Shown: in pieces, positions 1 through 12,265 of the stretch
How positions within the stretch are numbered: position 1 is the first letter of the stretch
Layout of the letters: every line of letters starts with the position of its first letter
Assembly: GCA_963675965.1 (NCBI GenBank)
Contig: OY780935.1
Coordinates: forward strand, 1,602,059-1,666,058
Direction: 5' to 3'
Source: an uncultured Celeribacter sp.
GTDB taxonomy: Bacteria; Pseudomonadota; Alphaproteobacteria; Rhodobacterales; Rhodobacteraceae
Length of the DNA: 64,000 nucleotides
Position numbers and translations under genes: made by a program
Notes under the pieces: generated by a model
The model's input: the letters and a program-made list of their open reading frames with translations, nothing else
Databases searched by the model: none
Told to the model about the DNA's origin: nothing

Positions 1-232
1 TCGGCGCATGGGTCACGTCCTTCCCATCGAACAGGATGCGGCCCTGACTGGGCTGCAGCAGGCCGGAAATGATGTTGAGCAAGGTGGATTTGCCACAACC
101 TGAGGACCCAAGAAGCGCATAGGCCGCCCCGTCTTCCCAATCGTGGTTCAGCTCCTTGAGCGCAAAATCGTCTTCCGAGGTCGGCGACGACAGATAGGAA
201 TGCGCGAGATTTTCGAGTGTGATCTTGGCCAT
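1..232 (-). CDS. ABC transporter ATP-binding protein, N-terminal part (gene runs off the window start); second ATPase of a glycerol-type ABC importer
   Basis: My reverse-strand translation from the ATG at 232-230 reads [73 protein letters not shown], which carries a Walker A GxxGCGKST. It is absent from the ORF track because the window edge truncates it. It lies 12 nt downstream of the preceding ATPase gene. Confidence 0.8.
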   Translation of the reverse strand, partial: MAKITLENLAHSYLSSPTSEDDFALKELNHDWEDGAAYALLGSSGCGKSTLLNIISGLLQPSQGRILFDGKDVTHAP

Positions 233-244
233 TCTGTCTCCTCC

Positions 245-1333
245 TCAGGCCGCCATGGCATAGGCGGCTGGCGCCACGAGCGCACCGTCTTGCGCAAAGA
301 CATAGATGTGACGGGGATCGAGATAGACCTTCAACGCTTCCCCCAGTTGCAGCTCATGCACCCCGTGGATCAACCCGACCCAGCGTTCGCCATGATGATC
401 GAGGTGCACGAAGGTTTCCGACCCGGTCAGTTCGGTCACGATGAGTGCCGTGGTGAACTCCATCGCATCTTCCGTATGCTTGCCGATTTCCAGATGGTTG
501 GGGCGGAACCCCGCCTGATAGCGGCCATCGGCCAGCTCGGCGAGTTTGCCCACGGCCTGCACGGATTGCCCGTCGCCGAACATCAAACGGTCGCCGGTCT
601 TGGAGATCTGCAGAAAGTTCATCGGCGGATCAGAGAACACCCGCGCTGTGGTCGCATCGACAGGCTGGCGATAGACCTCGGGCGTTGGCCCGAACTGGGT
701 CACCCGGCCTTCCCACAGCGTGGCCGCCTTGCCACCCAGTAGTAGGGCCTCTTCCGGCTCCGTGGTCGCATAGACAAAAATGGACCCGGACGCCTCGAAG
801 ATTTTCGGGATCTCGACGCGCAGCTCCTCACGAAGTTTGTAATCGAGGTTGGCCAGCGGCTCATCCAGCAACACAAGCCCCGCATTCTTGACCAGCGCCC
901 GCGCCAGCGCACAGCGTTGCTGTTGACCACCGGAAAGCTCAAGCGGCTTGCGTTCCAGCATCGGCGTCAGCTTCATCAGTTCGGCGGTCTCGCGCACGCG
1001 ACGGTCGATCTCGCCCTTGTCGACGCCCAGCAATTTCATCGGCGAGGCGATGTTGTCGTAGACCGTCATGGACGGGTAATTGATGAACTGCTGATAGACC
1101 ATGGCAACCTTGCGGTCCTGTACCCGCTGCCCGGTCACATCTTCTCCGTTCCAGAAAATCCGCCCCGTGGCAGGCGCATCCAGCCCCGCCATCAGCCGCA
1201 TCAGCGAGGTTTTCCCCGACAAGGTCGGCCCCAAAAGCACATTCATCGTGCCCTTTTCCAGCGTCAGGTCGGTCGGGTAGATATGCGTCTGCCCCTCGAC
1301 CACTTTCGATACGCCCTTCAATTCCAGGGTCAT
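245..1333 (-). CDS. ABC transporter ATP-binding protein (MalK/UgpC-like; first ATPase after glpD, resembling the rhizobial glpD-glpS-glpT layout)
   Basis: 362-aa ORF with Walker A GPTLSGKTS, signature LSGGQQQR and Walker B LVLLDEP, plus a C-terminal MalK-type regulatory/TOBE-like tail. Its start is 12 nt after the glpD stop. Confidence 0.9.
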   Translation of the reverse strand: MTLELKGVSKVVEGQTHIYPTDLTLEKGTMNVLLGPTLSGKTSLMRLMAGLDAPATGRIFWNGEDVTGQRVQDRKVAMVYQQFINYPSMTVYDNIASPMKLLGVDKGEIDRRVRETAELMKLTPMLERKPLELSGGQQQRCALARALVKNAGLVLLDEPLANLDYKLREELRVEIPKIFEASGSIFVYATTEPEEALLLGGKAATLWEGRVTQFGPTPEVYRQPVDATTARVFSDPPMNFLQISKTGDRLMFGDGQSVQAVGKLAELADGRYQAGFRPNHLEIGKHTEDAMEFTTALIVTELTGSETFVHLDHHGERWVGLIHGVHELQLGEALKVYLDPRHIYVFAQDGALVAPAAYAMAA

Positions 1334-1345
1334 CGTGTCTCCTCC

Positions 1346-2944
1346 TTATTCCGCCGCAGCGGCGATGCGGTCACGGCGCCCGGCCATCCATGCATCCAAT
1401 TCCGAAATCTGTTCCGCACTGAGCCGCAGGCCCAGCTTGCTACGCCGCCACACGATATCTTCGGCGGTACGCGCATATTCCTCATCCATTAGCCAGATCA
1501 CTTCGGCCTCGCTCAGTGTCTCCCCGAAATCACGGCCCAGATCGTTCGCTTGTGTGGCCCCGTTCAGCACCAGCCCTGCTTCCGTCCCGTAGGCCCGCAG
1601 CAGACGGGCCGCCCAGGCCGGTGTCAGGAAAGAAAACTGTTCCTGTAAGGCGCTGATCTGACCTGCAACACCCGACACCGGGAAATCTCCCCCCGGAAGC
1701 GCCACACCTGCGGTCCAGGGGCCGGGCAGATCCGCAAAATGGTCGGCAATATGCTCGAGCGCACTTTCGGCCAGCCGGCGATATGTCGTGATCTTGCCGC
1801 CGAAGATGTTCAGGATCGGCGCGCCGCCGTCTGCGTCGACTTTCAGCGTGTAATCCCGCGTTGCAGCCGTCGCGCTCGACGCCCCGTCATCATAGAGCGG
1901 ACGCACGCCGGAATAGCTCCAGACCACGTCTTCGGCACTGATCTGCCGCTTCAGATAGCGGTTGGCGAATCCCAGCAGGTAATCGCGCTCTGCCTCGGTG
2001 CACTGCGGCGGCTGGTCAGGGTCGACATGTTCGGCGTCCGTGGTGCCGATCAGGGTGAAGTCAGTTTCATAAGGAATCGCAAAGATGATCCGCCCATCGG
2101 CGCCCTGAAAGAAATAGCATTTGTCATGATCGTAGAGCCGTTTGGTCACAATATGGCTGCCCCGGACCAGCCGGACGCCTTCGCGCGACGGCACATGCAC
2201 CTTGTCATGAATGATGTCGCCAACCCATGGACCACCCGCATTGACCAGAAACCGAGCGCTGTGCACCTTGGTGGAACCGGTTTCCAGATCTTGCACCTCG
2301 ATGCGCCACAGTGCCCCGTCGCGCTTAGCCGACGTCACCTTGGTGCACGTGAGAATCTGCGCTCCGCGGGCCTCGGCATCACGGGCATTGAGCACGACAA
2401 GACGCGCATCTTCGACCCAGCAGTCGGAATATTCGTAAGCTTTGGTGAACCCCGGCGCGAGCGGCGCCCCTTCCGGCGTGCCCGCCAGTGACACCTTCGT
2501 GGTGCCGGGCAGAATTTTGCGTCCGCCCAGATGGTCGTAGAGAAACAAACCAAGCCGGATCAGCCAGGCCGGACGCCGCCCCTTCATCCAGGGCATTACC
2601 AGCGACAGGAGCCGCGACGTGGGCGTATCGCTGTCGAAACGCATGTCCTTGCGATAGGGCAGAACAAAGCGCATCGGCCAGGAAATATGCGGCATCGCCC
2701 GCAGCAGAACTTCACGTTCGATCAGCGCTTCGCGCACCAGACGAATTTCGAAATATTCAAGATAGCGCAACCCGCCGTGAAACAGCTTGGTCGAAGCCGA
2801 AGAGGTGGCCGACGCAAGGTCACCCATCTCCGCTAGGGTGACCGAAAGGCCACGCCCTGCTGCGTCCCGAGCAATTCCACATCCGTTGATTCCGCCGCCG
2901 ATGATAAACACATCGGTGGGCTGTGCGCTGTCGCGATCCGCCAC
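1346..2944 (-). CDS. glpD: FAD-dependent glycerol-3-phosphate dehydrogenase
   Basis: N-terminal dinucleotide fold DVFIIGGGINGCGIARDAAGRGLSV followed by KLFHGGLRYLEYFE. The track ORF extends to 3196, but its only in-frame ATGs lie far upstream in an AT-rich region. A GTG at 2944-2942 sits 7 nt after a perfect AAGGAGG, so I chose it as the start. Confidence 0.9.
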   Translation of the reverse strand: MADRDSAQPTDVFIIGGGINGCGIARDAAGRGLSVTLAEMGDLASATSSASTKLFHGGLRYLEYFEIRLVREALIEREVLLRAMPHISWPMRFVLPYRKDMRFDSDTPTSRLLSLVMPWMKGRRPAWLIRLGLFLYDHLGGRKILPGTTKVSLAGTPEGAPLAPGFTKAYEYSDCWVEDARLVVLNARDAEARGAQILTCTKVTSAKRDGALWRIEVQDLETGSTKVHSARFLVNAGGPWVGDIIHDKVHVPSREGVRLVRGSHIVTKRLYDHDKCYFFQGADGRIIFAIPYETDFTLIGTTDAEHVDPDQPPQCTEAERDYLLGFANRYLKRQISAEDVVWSYSGVRPLYDDGASSATAATRDYTLKVDADGGAPILNIFGGKITTYRRLAESALEHIADHFADLPGPWTAGVALPGGDFPVSGVAGQISALQEQFSFLTPAWAARLLRAYGTEAGLVLNGATQANDLGRDFGETLSEAEVIWLMDEEYARTAEDIVWRRSKLGLRLSAEQISELDAWMAGRRDRIAAAAE

Positions 2945-3278
2945 GTATCTCCTCCTTACGTAGGGCTCTTCCCCCAATGTCCTCCCGGGGTTTGGAATTT
3001 GTGACCGATTCACGACGCTGTGACAAGGCGTTATTTTCGGTTGCATTCGTTTTTTATGCGTTATTGCGCGACAATCAGAACTCTCACGCGGCAAACAGCA
3101 GGAAAAATCGCAATCCGGGAACAGACTTAGCGCAATTTGGCCAGAGCGACCCAATTTTTCCGATATATTTCGGTCTTCGCATACAATAACGCCCATATCG
3201 TGCGACGAGAGACGGCAAAGATCGCCAAAACAGAAAGTTCGAAAATGTTCGTTTTCACAAAGTCCGAAAAATCCGGGA

Positions 3279-3797
3279 TCACGCTGGGCGCAATTGCGCT
3301 TTTTTCACCGCAACCCGGGTCTTTGACCCCATGACCTCCATCAGCACCCAGACACGCTGATCCGGAGCCAGACTTTCGATTTCCGCGATCATGCTTGCGA
3401 AAGGGCCTGTTGCAACGCGGACCTGATCCCCCGGAGCAAGCTGCGGCGCCGGTTCCAATTTCCCAGCGCCATCGCACTGCGCCATGAGATCCTGGACAAA
3501 GGCACGGGGCACCGGCGCAGGCTCCGTACCGAAAGACACCAGACGGGTCACACCGTAGGTGGAATTGATCTTGCGCCACAAACCGCGCGCCTGATCGACA
3601 GCCACGAAAATGTACCCTGGAAACATCGGCTGAAGTGCGGTGACGAAGCGCCCATTGCGCGGCCGCGTGACCGTTTCGAGCGGCATGAAGGTTTCAAACC
3701 CCTGACGGTTCAGGTTCCGGCGCGCAATCGCCGCCGAATTCGGCTTCACCTGCGCCAGGAACCACATATTCTGTTCAACCTTATCCGTCATGCTCAC
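3279..3797 (-). CDS. NusG/RfaH-family transcription antitermination paralog (NGN domain plus KOW-like C-terminus)
   Basis: 172 aa. The stretch WFLAQVKPNSAAIARRNLNRQGFETFMPLE...FPGYIFV is typical of NGN domains, and the C-terminal GDQVRVATGPFASMIAEIES is KOW-like. It is divergent from the rml operon. Confidence 0.8.
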   Translation of the reverse strand: MSMTDKVEQNMWFLAQVKPNSAAIARRNLNRQGFETFMPLETVTRPRNGRFVTALQPMFPGYIFVAVDQARGLWRKINSTYGVTRLVSFGTEPAPVPRAFVQDLMAQCDGAGKLEPAPQLAPGDQVRVATGPFASMIAEIESLAPDQRVWVLMEVMGSKTRVAVKKAQLRPA

Positions 3798-4034
3798 CCC
3801 ATGTCACACGTGCTGCCATTGAGTGCTCAAAAGTGAACAATTGCAAGTAAGGATATCTTAACCCTTTCAATGGGAGTTTTTACTGACACGAAGAAACTGC
3901 AGATCGCAGGCAAGACCAGCCAAGTCCGCCTGATACACGGCGCATTCCAGGCTTTGCCATAGGTCGGGTCTCCAGCGCCCAGATCACATCTCTACGCCAC
4001 CTCAAAGGTCATTTCAAAACACCGGACGCTATTG

Positions 4035-4601
4035 ATGAACATCACCTCCACACCACTACCCGATGTATTTTCCATCACGCCGCGCCGGTTTGGCGATCAC
4101 CGCGGTTTTTTTTGCGAAAGCTGGAACAAGGCCCGTCTGGCGGAGGCCGGACTTGACCTGCCGGAATTCGTTCAGGACAACCATTCCCTGTCACGCAAAA
4201 CAGGAACGGTGCGGGGGCTGCATTTCCAAAGCCCGCCGCATGCGCAGGGCAAGCTGGTCCGTTGCGGGCGCGGGTGCATTTTCGACGTGGCTGTTGATGT
4301 GCGCAAAAGGTCACCGACATACGGCGCATGGCATGGTGAAGAGCTGTCTTTTGATAACGGCCGGCAATTGTGGATTCCTGCCGGTTTCCTGCATGGCTTC
4401 ATGGCCTTGGCGCCCGACAGCGAGATCATTTACAAATGCACCGACTATTATGCCCCTGAGTGTGACGGCGCGGTCAGATGGGACAGCGCGGGCATCGACT
4501 GGCCGCTTTCCGGCATCACACCTTCGATTTCTGACAAGGATGCCCATGCCCCCTCTTTGGCCGACTTCGACAGCCCCTTCACCTATGAGGCCCGGACATG
4601 A
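4035..4601 (+). CDS. rmlC: dTDP-4-dehydrorhamnose 3,5-epimerase
   Basis: Motifs [40 protein letters not shown] and IPAGFLHGF. The track starts at TTG 4032; the adjacent ATG at 4035 is more likely the start. Confidence 0.9.
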   Translation: MNITSTPLPDVFSITPRRFGDHRGFFCESWNKARLAEAGLDLPEFVQDNHSLSRKTGTVRGLHFQSPPHAQGKLVRCGRGCIFDVAVDVRKRSPTYGAWHGEELSFDNGRQLWIPAGFLHGFMALAPDSEIIYKCTDYYAPECDGAVRWDSAGIDWPLSGITPSISDKDAHAPSLADFDSPFTYEART

Positions 4602-5647
4602 AGCTGCTGGTCACCGGCGGGGCCGGTTTCATCGGGTCCGCCGTCGTCCGGCTGGCTATCGCGCGCGGACATGAGGTGGTCAACCTCGATGCGCTGACCT
4701 ATGCCGCCTGCCTCGACAATGTGGCCCTTGTGGCCGACAGCCCGCTTTATGCCTTTGTGCAAGCCGACATCCGGGACCGTGCCGCTCTGGACCGAATCTT
4801 TGCCGAGCACCGCCCCGATGCGGTGATGCATCTGGCGGCGGAATCCCATGTGGACCGCTCCATCGACGGGCCCGGCGATTTCATCGAAACCAATATCACC
4901 GGCACCTTCAACCTGCTGGAAGCGGCGCGCAAATACTGGGTCGAGGCGGGCAAACCCGACGGCTTTCGGTTTCATCACATCTCGACGGATGAGGTCTTCG
5001 GCTCTCTGCCCGGCGACCCGGCGGTGAAGTTCACCGAAGACAGCCCCTATGATCCCCGCTCGCCCTATTCGGCTTCCAAGGCCGGTTCGGATCATCTGGT
5101 GCGGGCCTGGCATGAAACCTATGGGCTGCCGGTGGTGCTGAGCAATTGCTCGAACAATTATGGCCCCTATCATTTCCCCGAAAAGCTGATCCCGGTGATC
5201 ATCCTGAACGCGCTGGCCGGAAAGCCGCTGCCGATCTACGGCGATGGCTCCAATATCCGCGACTGGCTTTATGTCGAAGACCACGCCGACGCGCTGTTGC
5301 TGGTCATGGAGCAGGGCGTGCTTGGGCGCAGCTACAATATCGGTGGCGAAAACGAACGCAGCAATCTGGAGCTGGTGCACACGCTCTGCGCCATTCTCGA
5401 CCGAAAGCGCCCGAAACCGGCCGGCTCCTATGCCGATCAGATCGCCTTTGTGACAGATCGTCCGGGGCATGACGCACGCTATGCCATCGACCCGTCGCGG
5501 ATCCGCGAGGAGCTGGGCTGGCGCCCCTCAGTGACGGTTGAGGAAGGCCTTGAACGCACCGTTGAATGGTATCTGACGCATGAAGGCTGGTGGCGGGCGC
5601 TTCAGTCCCGCGATGGGGTCGGCACGCGCCTGGGGGTCAGCGCATGA
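4598..5647 (+). CDS. rmlB: dTDP-glucose 4,6-dehydratase
   Basis: [18 protein letters not shown] Rossmann start and the [11 protein letters not shown] catalytic YxxxK. Its start overlaps the rmlC stop by 4 nt. Confidence 0.95.
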   Translation: MKLLVTGGAGFIGSAVVRLAIARGHEVVNLDALTYAACLDNVALVADSPLYAFVQADIRDRAALDRIFAEHRPDAVMHLAAESHVDRSIDGPGDFIETNITGTFNLLEAARKYWVEAGKPDGFRFHHISTDEVFGSLPGDPAVKFTEDSPYDPRSPYSASKAGSDHLVRAWHETYGLPVVLSNCSNNYGPYHFPEKLIPVIILNALAGKPLPIYGDGSNIRDWLYVEDHADALLLVMEQGVLGRSYNIGGENERSNLELVHTLCAILDRKRPKPAGSYADQIAFVTDRPGHDARYAIDPSRIREELGWRPSVTVEEGLERTVEWYLTHEGWWRALQSRDGVGTRLGVSA

Positions 5648-6495
5648 TTCTGGTATTTGGCAAAACCGGGCAGGTCGCCACCGAGCTGCAGAGACTCGCC
5701 CCGAAGGCACGTTTTATGGGGCGTGCGGAGGCGGATTTGACCGAACCACAGACCTGCGCCCGCCTGATCCACGACCTGCGCCCCGAGGCCGTGATCAACG
5801 CCGCCGCCTACACTGCCGTCGACAAGGCGGAAACCGAGGAACCCACGGCCCGTTTGGTGAATGGTGAAGCCCCCACGCAAATGGCCCGCGCCTGCGCCGA
5901 TCTCGACGTGACTTTGGTCCAGATCTCCACGGATTATGTCTTTGACGGCAGCGGCATGACCCCGTTTTCCCCCGACCACCCGACCGCGCCCCTGAACGCC
6001 TATGGCCGCAGCAAACTGGCCGGAGAACATGGTGTGCGCGCGGCGAATGGCACCCACGCCATTCTGCGCACCTCATGGGTGTTTTCGGCCCATGGCAGCA
6101 ACTTTCTGAAAACCATGTTGCGCCTCGGTCGGGAGCGGGAGCGGCTGACTGTCGTGGCCGACCAGATCGGCGGGCCGACACCGGCCCGTGCCATCGCGGC
6201 AGCCTGTCTGCATATGGCAGACCAGCTAAAATGCGCACCCGAAAAGAGCGGCACCTATCATTTTTCGGGTGGCCCTGATGTGAGCTGGGCGGCCTTTGCG
6301 CGCGCAATCTTCGATGCGGCTGGACTGTCTTGCGCGGTCGAGGACATCCCGACCAGCGCCTACCCAACCCCGGCAACACGCCCCCTCAACAGCCGCCTCG
6401 ACTGTACGAAAACAGAGACCATTTTTGGCCTGCCCCGTCCCGACTGGCGCGTCGCAGTGAGCGAAACGATCAGGGATTTGGAGGCAAGCCCATGA
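5644..6495 (+). CDS. rmlD: dTDP-4-dehydrorhamnose reductase
   Basis: [15 protein letters not shown]...[13 protein letters not shown]...STDYVFDG...YGRSKLAGE. An ATGA start/stop overlap with rmlB at 5644-5647 gives the start. The longer track ORF (5590) overlaps rmlB without support. Confidence 0.9.
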   Translation: MILVFGKTGQVATELQRLAPKARFMGRAEADLTEPQTCARLIHDLRPEAVINAAAYTAVDKAETEEPTARLVNGEAPTQMARACADLDVTLVQISTDYVFDGSGMTPFSPDHPTAPLNAYGRSKLAGEHGVRAANGTHAILRTSWVFSAHGSNFLKTMLRLGRERERLTVVADQIGGPTPARAIAAACLHMADQLKCAPEKSGTYHFSGGPDVSWAAFARAIFDAAGLSCAVEDIPTSAYPTPATRPLNSRLDCTKTETIFGLPRPDWRVAVSETIRDLEASP

Positions 6496-7379
6496 GCGCC
6501 ACAGCAAGACCCCAGCGCAAAGGTATCATTCTGGCGGGCGGCTCCGGCACCCGGCTCTATCCGCTGACTATGGCAATCTCGAAACAGCTCATGCCGATCT
6601 ATGATAAGCCGATGATCTACTATCCGATTTCGGTGCTGATGCTAGCCAATATTCGCGAGATTGCGGTGATCACCACCCGCGAAGATCAGGCGCAGTTTCA
6701 ACGCCTCCTGGGCGATGGCAGCCAATGGGGGCTGTCGCTCAACTATGTTGTCCAGCCCTCTCCCGACGGTCTGGCACAGGCCTATCTGCTGGCCGAGGAC
6801 TTTCTGGACGGCGCGCCATCCGCCATGGTTCTAGGGGACAACATCTTTTTCGGTCACGGCTTGCCGGAGCTTCTGGCCGCTGCCAATGCCAAGACCATCG
6901 GTGGCACGGTGTTTGGCTATCACGTCTCCGACCCGGAACGTTACGGGGTGGTGCGGTTCGACGAGGACGGCAAGATCCAAGAGATCATCGAAAAACCCGC
7001 TGTGCCGCCCTCGCGCTATGCCGTCACGGGGCTTTATTTTCTGGATGGAGATGCGCCCCGCCGCGCCAAATCCATCACCCCTTCGGCGCGTGGCGAACTG
7101 GAAATCGTCGCTCTGCTCGACAGCTACCTGTCTGACGGCACCCTGTCGGTCGAACGGATGGGGCGCGGCTATGCCTGGCTCGACACCGGCACCCATGGGT
7201 CCCTGCTGGATGCGGGCAATTTCGTGCGCACCCTCTCCCAGCGTCAGGGCATGCAATCGGGCTGCCCAGAGGAAATCGCCTACACCCAAGGCTGGATCAG
7301 CGCGGACCAACTGCGTGCCCATGCGCGAACCTTCGAGAAGACCGACTATGGCAGCTATCTTCTCAGCCTGCTGAGTTGA
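6492..7379 (+). CDS. rmlA: glucose-1-phosphate thymidylyltransferase
   Basis: KGIILAGGSGTRLYPLTMAISKQLMPIYDKPMIYYP signature. ATGA overlap with the rmlD stop at 6492-6495. Confidence 0.95.
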   Translation: MSATARPQRKGIILAGGSGTRLYPLTMAISKQLMPIYDKPMIYYPISVLMLANIREIAVITTREDQAQFQRLLGDGSQWGLSLNYVVQPSPDGLAQAYLLAEDFLDGAPSAMVLGDNIFFGHGLPELLAAANAKTIGGTVFGYHVSDPERYGVVRFDEDGKIQEIIEKPAVPPSRYAVTGLYFLDGDAPRRAKSITPSARGELEIVALLDSYLSDGTLSVERMGRGYAWLDTGTHGSLLDAGNFVRTLSQRQGMQSGCPEEIAYTQGWISADQLRAHARTFEKTDYGSYLLSLLS

Positions 7380-7397
7380 CGTGCTGCGCCAAAAGAC

Positions 7398-7426
7398 AAA
7401 ACGCCCCGCAATCTGCGGAGCGTTTT
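7398..7426. terminator. bidirectional intrinsic terminator between convergent rmlA and nrdF
   Basis: AAA-ACGCCCCGC-aatct-GCGGAGCGT-TTTT. The stem pairs at 8 of 9 positions and is flanked by an A-run and a T-run. Confidence 0.6.
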
Positions 7427-7454
7427 CCAGAAACCAGGTCCATTGAGGTGCGGA

Positions 7455-10544
<3,090 letters not shown>

Positions 10545-10563
<19 letters not shown>

Positions 10564-10988
10564 TGCTCTCTCCCAAGTGTTGCCAGCCCGTCGCGGACGC
10601 GGGCGATGTCTGTGTCAAAACCGGCCAGCTCAAACTTGTACAGCAGCGGCACATTGCATTTCCGGGCGATCACGTCACCGGCCAAGGCAAACAGCTGGCC
10701 GAAGTTGCGATTTCCCGAAGCGATCACGCCCAGAAGACGGGCGCGACGCGTGGAATCATTGAGAAAGCGGATCACCTGTTTGGGAACCGCACCGCGCCCC
10801 TCGCCATCTGCATAGGTCGGGCAGATCAGCACAAAGGGCGCTGGCGTGTCCGGCATCGCCTCTGATGGCGACACCGGGATACGTTGCGCTGGCAAGGCGA
10901 GCCGGTCGACAAACCGCAGCGTATTGCCAGAACGCGAGGAATAGAAAACAATGTCCGGACAACGCGCGGACAGCGGGTCCCCGGGCAT
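10545..10988 (-). CDS. nrdI: class Ib RNR flavodoxin-like assembly protein
   Basis: [18 protein letters not shown]...LICPTYADG...ASGNRNFG motifs. It overlaps the nrdE start by 19 nt. Confidence 0.9.
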
Positions 10989-10992
10989 CAGA

Positions 10993-11214
10993 TCATGCCA
11001 GACGGGCGATCATGTCGGGGCGGAAGCCGGACCAGTGGTCTTCGCCCGCCACCACAACCGGCGCCTGACGATAGCCAAGCCCGGTGACATGCACCATGGC
11101 ATCGTCATCCTGCGTGAGATCGATCACATCATAGGACACACCCTTGGCATCCAGCGCGCGGGTCGTGGCGGTGCATTGTACGCAGGCGGGTTTGGAATAG
11201 ACGGTGATGGTCAT
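10993..11214 (-). CDS. nrdH: glutaredoxin-like protein NrdH
   Basis: 73 aa with [21 protein letters not shown] (CVQC redox motif) and WSGFRPD, which is typical of NrdH. Confidence 0.9.
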   Translation of the reverse strand: MTITVYSKPACVQCTATTRALDAKGVSYDVIDLTQDDDAMVHVTGLGYRQAPVVVAGEDHWSGFRPDMIARLA

Positions 11215-11349
11215 GCGCTCGTCCTCATTTCTCGCAGTCTCGGTCGCGATCCGGTCGCGATTGTGGTTTTCAGGCTGAACGGAGGCGGAAACAAAGCCGG
11301 GCGCTGGGACAAGCCCACACCCATTTTCATCCCCCGAACCCTCCGTTCG

Positions 11350-11545
11350 TGGTGTCTTTCAGCACTTCGGCCAGGTCTCCTGGCTTGCGAGTCACAGCGT
11401 GGTCGGCCTTCCCAGATCCGAAAAACCCAGTGGATATCCAACCTTGCATATCGCTTACAGTTGCGGGGGCAGCACCGGATTATCGACAGGCGTTTCACCG
11501 GTTTCCCTCATGACTTCCGACAAGAGGCCGGAAGAACCGAAGTGA
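11350..11545 (-). promoter_or_regulatory. cobalamin (B12) riboswitch in the nrdHIEF leader
   Basis: The minus strand reads ...GAGGGAAACCGGTGAAACGCC...GGTGCTGCCCCCGCAACTGTAAGCG...CCACTGG...CTGGGAAGGCCG...GCAAGCCAGGAGACCTGGCC. All canonical conserved blocks are present, including the B12 box (plus-strand 11369-11388). Confidence 0.85.
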
Positions 11546-11590
11546 CCCTATATAGCGATCCCAAAGCGCATCCTGTCAATATATAGATTT
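11545..11590 (-). promoter_or_regulatory. pair of NrdR-type boxes upstream of the nrd leader
   Basis: Two AT-rich palindrome-like cores, CCTATATAGCG and CAATATATAGAT, with centres about 31 bp apart (11551.5 and 11582.5). This matches the tandem NrdR box architecture (consensus acaCwAtATaTwgtgt). Confidence 0.6.
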
Positions 11591-11748
11591 TATCTTTTAC
11601 ATCTTGGCATTCGACGCATCTTGTGGTTGCCCATTTTTTCGATCACAGCCCGCCGCGATTCCAACCTGAAGCCAAGCCCACGGAAACGGGACAAAAATGA
11701 CCAACTCAACAATCCCGCAGGGAGGCTGTGCGCATTCACACGCTCATT

Positions 11749-11767
11749 TAGTTTGTATCTCAAACTA
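11749..11767. promoter_or_regulatory. candidate MarR operator (7-bp perfect inverted repeat)
   Basis: TAGTTTG-tatct-CAAACTA, ending 22 bp upstream of the marR ATG. Confidence 0.45.
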
Positions 11768-11788
11768 TTTTCTTAGACTTCTACCGTC

Positions 11789-12265
11789 ATGCAAACTCCC
11801 CCGACTCGTCCGGAGCACCGCTTCGGCTTCGCCTTCATCACACTGGCGCGACAATGGCGTCAGAATATCGAGAAATGCCTGCATGAAGCGGGTCTGACCG
11901 ATGCCACGTGGGCACCGCTGGTGCATCTGGCCCGTGCCGGTGGCGGCATCCGGCAAACCGATCTGGCGGCCCGGGTCGGGCTGGATACCTCAACCCTGGT
12001 GCGTCTGCTGGATCTGCTGGAGGCCCGCGGCCTGATCGAGCGCCGAATCGACCCCGGCGACCGGCGCGCGCGCCAGCTGTTTCTCACCCCGGCGGGAGAT
12101 CGCGAAGTCGCGAACATTCAGGCCCGTATCTGGTCCGCTGAAGAGGCGCTCCTCTCCGATCTTTCCTCCCCCGACATCGACAGCATGCTCGGCCATTTCG
12201 ACACCATCGCCGCACGGCTGTCCCGGTCCGAGGCGCAGGCCCCGGAAAAGGTCGAAGCGCCATGA
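11789..12265 (+). CDS. MarR-family transcriptional regulator
   Basis: 158 aa. Winged-helix segment TDLAARVGLDTSTLVRLLDLLEARGLIERRIDPGDRRARQLFLTPAG. Its stop overlaps the start of the next gene by 4 nt. Confidence 0.9.
   Translation: MQTPPTRPEHRFGFAFITLARQWRQNIEKCLHEAGLTDATWAPLVHLARAGGGIRQTDLAARVGLDTSTLVRLLDLLEARGLIERRIDPGDRRARQLFLTPAGDREVANIQARIWSAEEALLSDLSSPDIDSMLGHFDTIAARLSRSEAQAPEKVEAP

Noticed and set aside
1346-3196. N-terminal extensions of several track ORFs, for example glpD to 3196, rmlD from 5590, rmlA from 6330, nrdF to 8549, ackA from 23156, hemE from 41717, the SBP from 61515, and clpS to 47397.
   Set aside because: The extensions overlap upstream genes or run through intergenic or AT-rich DNA and add non-homologous, low-complexity sequence. 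Internal starts with SD motifs or ATGA/TAATG coupling fit the conserved protein N-termini.
3288-3305. The palindrome GCGCAATTGCGC followed by T6, which looks like a plus-strand intrinsic terminator.
   Set aside because: It lies inside the 3' end of the NusG-like CDS (encoding ...KKAQLRPA), and no plus-strand gene lies upstream of it to terminate. It is probably coincidental.
3798-4034. An ops/JUMPstart element (GGCGGTAG) in the rml leader that could recruit the adjacent NusG paralog.
   Set aside because: I found no match on either strand by eye, so I make no claim about an ops site.
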